A stretch of DNA of 64,000 nt from Rhizodiscina lignyota (Eukaryota), in NCBI GenBank assembly GCA_010015805.1, contig ML978135.1, forward strand, positions 558,001 to 622,000. The letters are read 5' to 3'. This document shows positions 61,049 through 64,000 of the stretch, one piece after another (the stretch's first letter is position 1; every line of letters starts with the position of its first letter). Under the pieces are notes generated by a model. The model was not told where the DNA came from and searched no databases. It was given only the letters and a program-made list of their open reading frames with translations. Made by a program: the position numbers and the translations under genes.

Positions 61049-64000
61049 TGCGGAGATAATTTGTTATGAGAGCGATGGTTGAGGTGATAGGAAAATTGTC
61101 TGGTAGTGGCGATATGATTGACTCGGCTTCCAGGCCCACAGCGAAACGGAAAGACAGATCGAGTCGGAATCAAAAATGCAAGATGCATAGAAGCTCTCCC
61201 GCGCTGTGCTCTGTTCCCAACCATCCAATCTTCCTTTCATTGGCTAAACCGTCTCGAATAGGCACGCTCAAACGCCGAATGCAGTTGCACCGATCAGTTT
61301 CCTGTTGCTTGAAGTGCACGTTGTTGCCAGCCTCTTATTTTTCGTCATTTGTATCTGGCCTGCGGCAGTTTCTGTGACATCTTGAATCTCCATAATAAAG
61401 CTGGTCCTCGAAAACCGAAATCGCTTCGTGCTACCTGCACAGTAAGCGGCCTGACATAAATTTGTAGCTCGGTCTATCCCATGGCCACATAAAAAGGCCT
61501 CGCAGAAGCTTTGTTGCGGTTTTGATATTCATATCATCATATGAGATTTGATGAGGCTGACAGACTTAGGCGCCCCGATCCAATTCCGTAATAGGGCGAA
61601 ATAATGTCCAAATTAGATCATTGATGAATACTTGGCACGCATCGGAATTTTCTGCTTAGAAGATCTGTAGATTCGGACGCAACGAATGCCAATAACATCA
61701 AAACTGCTAACTGCGGCTCCCTGGAAGGTGTCGCGTGCCCTTAAATCGGTCTGGGCAATAAATGCGCTAAACCTTACTTCTACAGGGTTGTAGCTACATA
61801 CTACGTTGGGCTTCTTTGATTATGTACTCTTCTCACAGGGCACAGCCCTAAATACCCGTTTTTGTCAGTACTTTAACTCGGCTCCTCCAGGTGGTCAACC
61901 GTCGAGGCTCAGCATTATGCACCCCAGCATGGTGTCCTGTCAAAGCCTCTTACTATTCTCCCTATAGTGGAGCTAATATCCCCGAAATGGCATAATCGGG
62001 CAAGGATTGTAGGGTGGACCTCTAGAATTAATTGCTCTCTGCGTGCCTGTCGCTCTTAGTAGGCTAGCTCCTTCCACACCTCTTTGACTTCAATATTGAA
62101 GTACTCATTGTCTCGGAATGTGTATAGGCAAGCACATACATATCCGATTTCACACTAATTCTCTGCGGGATTGCTTGTCTTTCTTCTCAAAGGTCAAATC
62201 TGACAAAATTGATCAGAGCCTTTTCAAGAAAGTTGCGCTGCATTGTCGCTGACGGAAAAACCGCTCTAAGTTAGATTTGTTGCTACTCTGTCGCTTCGAA
62301 ATATGTCTTACAATACGTACAAAATCTGTAAATTTCGGCTGAGTCTGAATTCTTGACACCTTCGATCGATGCCTTGTTTCATACCCAATTGATGAGGAAT
62401 AAATATATGGACTGGTTTTGATTTTAGTAGACTCGAGATTGCTTTAGCTCTGCGTATTCCATAGCGGTGTGTAACCATACAGAATTAAAAGATGTTTCAA
62501 ATTTAGCAGCTGGCAAGTTTTGTTCTGGACTAAATGATGACCGCTCTTGGCTACATAATACGTATTGCAGAATGCTAATTCACGGCATAACTTTTACGTC
62601 GGCGGCCGTCTCTCCTTTGTAGATTTAGAAACAAAGGATGATACATTATTTCGTACTCCATAGTGACCGCAGCAACGCTGCCTGAAGAGTATATTCCGAG
62701 GATTCCTTGCATGCCCTCCATCCATTCAGCATGCAAAGCCTACGATCTTGGATAATGGTGCAGTTGCAGTTTTGTAAAATGATGTTGTTCCACAGGGATT
62801 GGTCAGCCGATCGTACATAAGCTTCCCGTTTCGACGGGCAAGGCGCCAACAGCATGCACCCCATGATTCCTGTCTTAAGATCTCATCGATGCTTGTTTAC
62901 CTCCTATTCATTAATATTACTATTGGCGGTACTTGCGAGTATCCTCAACCTTAGGGTCGGCGACTAGCCGTAACTAACCGCGAAGGTCGAAGCTGAGCGC
63001 GTGCGCTGAGACGAATCATCTATGTAAGAATCGCCTTCGAAAGTCTACCACAAGCCTTGGCGGATTAACCGAGCATCTTATGGTAAGTAAAAGGTGCACG
63101 GCTTCTCGTATATGTAGGTGCTAGCCCTAACAACACTCCAGATCCATCCGGGACTCTAACCCGTGGGCCGTACCTGAGGCTGAAGTGCTCCGGCCCTCCT
63201 GCCGATCAACTCACGTGTCCTAAAATAGTAGAACTACGTGATCTATACTCTGTAGTCTACCTATCGGATGAAGCAATCAAACGAGGAGTGGCGCCAAACG
63301 GATACAACTCCTAATCAGTTTAATCGAGCTCCGCCGATGATCTGATCGTTCGAAGACTTCCCGGAGCACAACAGGTCTGATATCAGATTCCTCCCCTACG
63401 TACCCGCAATTGCGGAAGTTTACCTACGTATAGGTGAACAATAGAGAATGATTATTGTACCTTTTAGATACAGTCTTACAATTGATTTCATACTTCGCGG
63501 GCAGATTGCCCAATCCACGTCTATTTCTTACATAAATCGGAAATATATATAACAAATAGCACGTATTCTACAGCAACTTGAGCCAATGGTTATGCTGGCT
63601 CAACCCTTGACTATCAGGGGAAAATTTTCTTCTTACGAAGCGCGCAAGCCAATGCTTAATGATTAATCCCTTTACCTCATGTCTTACACGGAACACGACT
63701 GGATGTCGCCATGTCGCTTCAGCAGTACAATTCTATTCTCAGCCTCAATGATTTCGTACCTTACTCCCCCAGTACATTTCTGAGACTCCGACTTACCTTG
63801 CGCTGCGAGAATCAATAGTTACAGCGTCAGCTTACACGCCATGAGCTTTGGACCATACGACTGTCTGAGTAGTGGAACTTGCCAAAGAGTCTGGATTATT
63901 AAGGCTATTCTGGATTCACTCGCCACCAGGAGTTGCATATAAAAGGATGGCATTGGACCAATTTATCATACACATCAGCATCCCACAGCAGTTACACACA

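Overview
Eukaryotic, intron-containing DNA from a filamentous ascomycete (Pezizomycotina; class not determinable by eye). Introns are short GT-AG with CTRAC-type branch points. I can support about 27 protein genes. Recognisable ones: an SDR, a secreted bicupin oxalate decarboxylase head-to-head with a DUF1275/YoaK membrane protein, a VOC/glyoxalase, an FAD monooxygenase, a Pir-like cell-wall protein, AFG1, KRR1, a cytochrome P450, a Yip1-family protein, GAL7, ERG28, IFA38, a GH27 alpha-galactosidase, a divergent fumarase and HOS3. The rest are hypotheticals. Most unusual items: (1) a single ~813-aa gene fusing an SLC35A-type nucleotide-sugar transporter to a DxD GT32-type glycosyltransferase, within ~10 kb of GAL7 and the alpha-galactosidase; (2) a ~135-nt Pol III-type unit (TATA, A box, B box, oligo-T) that does not fold as a tRNA but as a panhandle/rod reminiscent of vault-type RNAs; (3) the oxalate decarboxylase/DUF1275 divergent pair; (4) a presequence-less fumarase with altered signature residues. 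No intact transposon, rRNA, canonical tRNA or CRISPR array was recognised. Exon models were read by eye, and family calls rest on motif recognition, not database searches.
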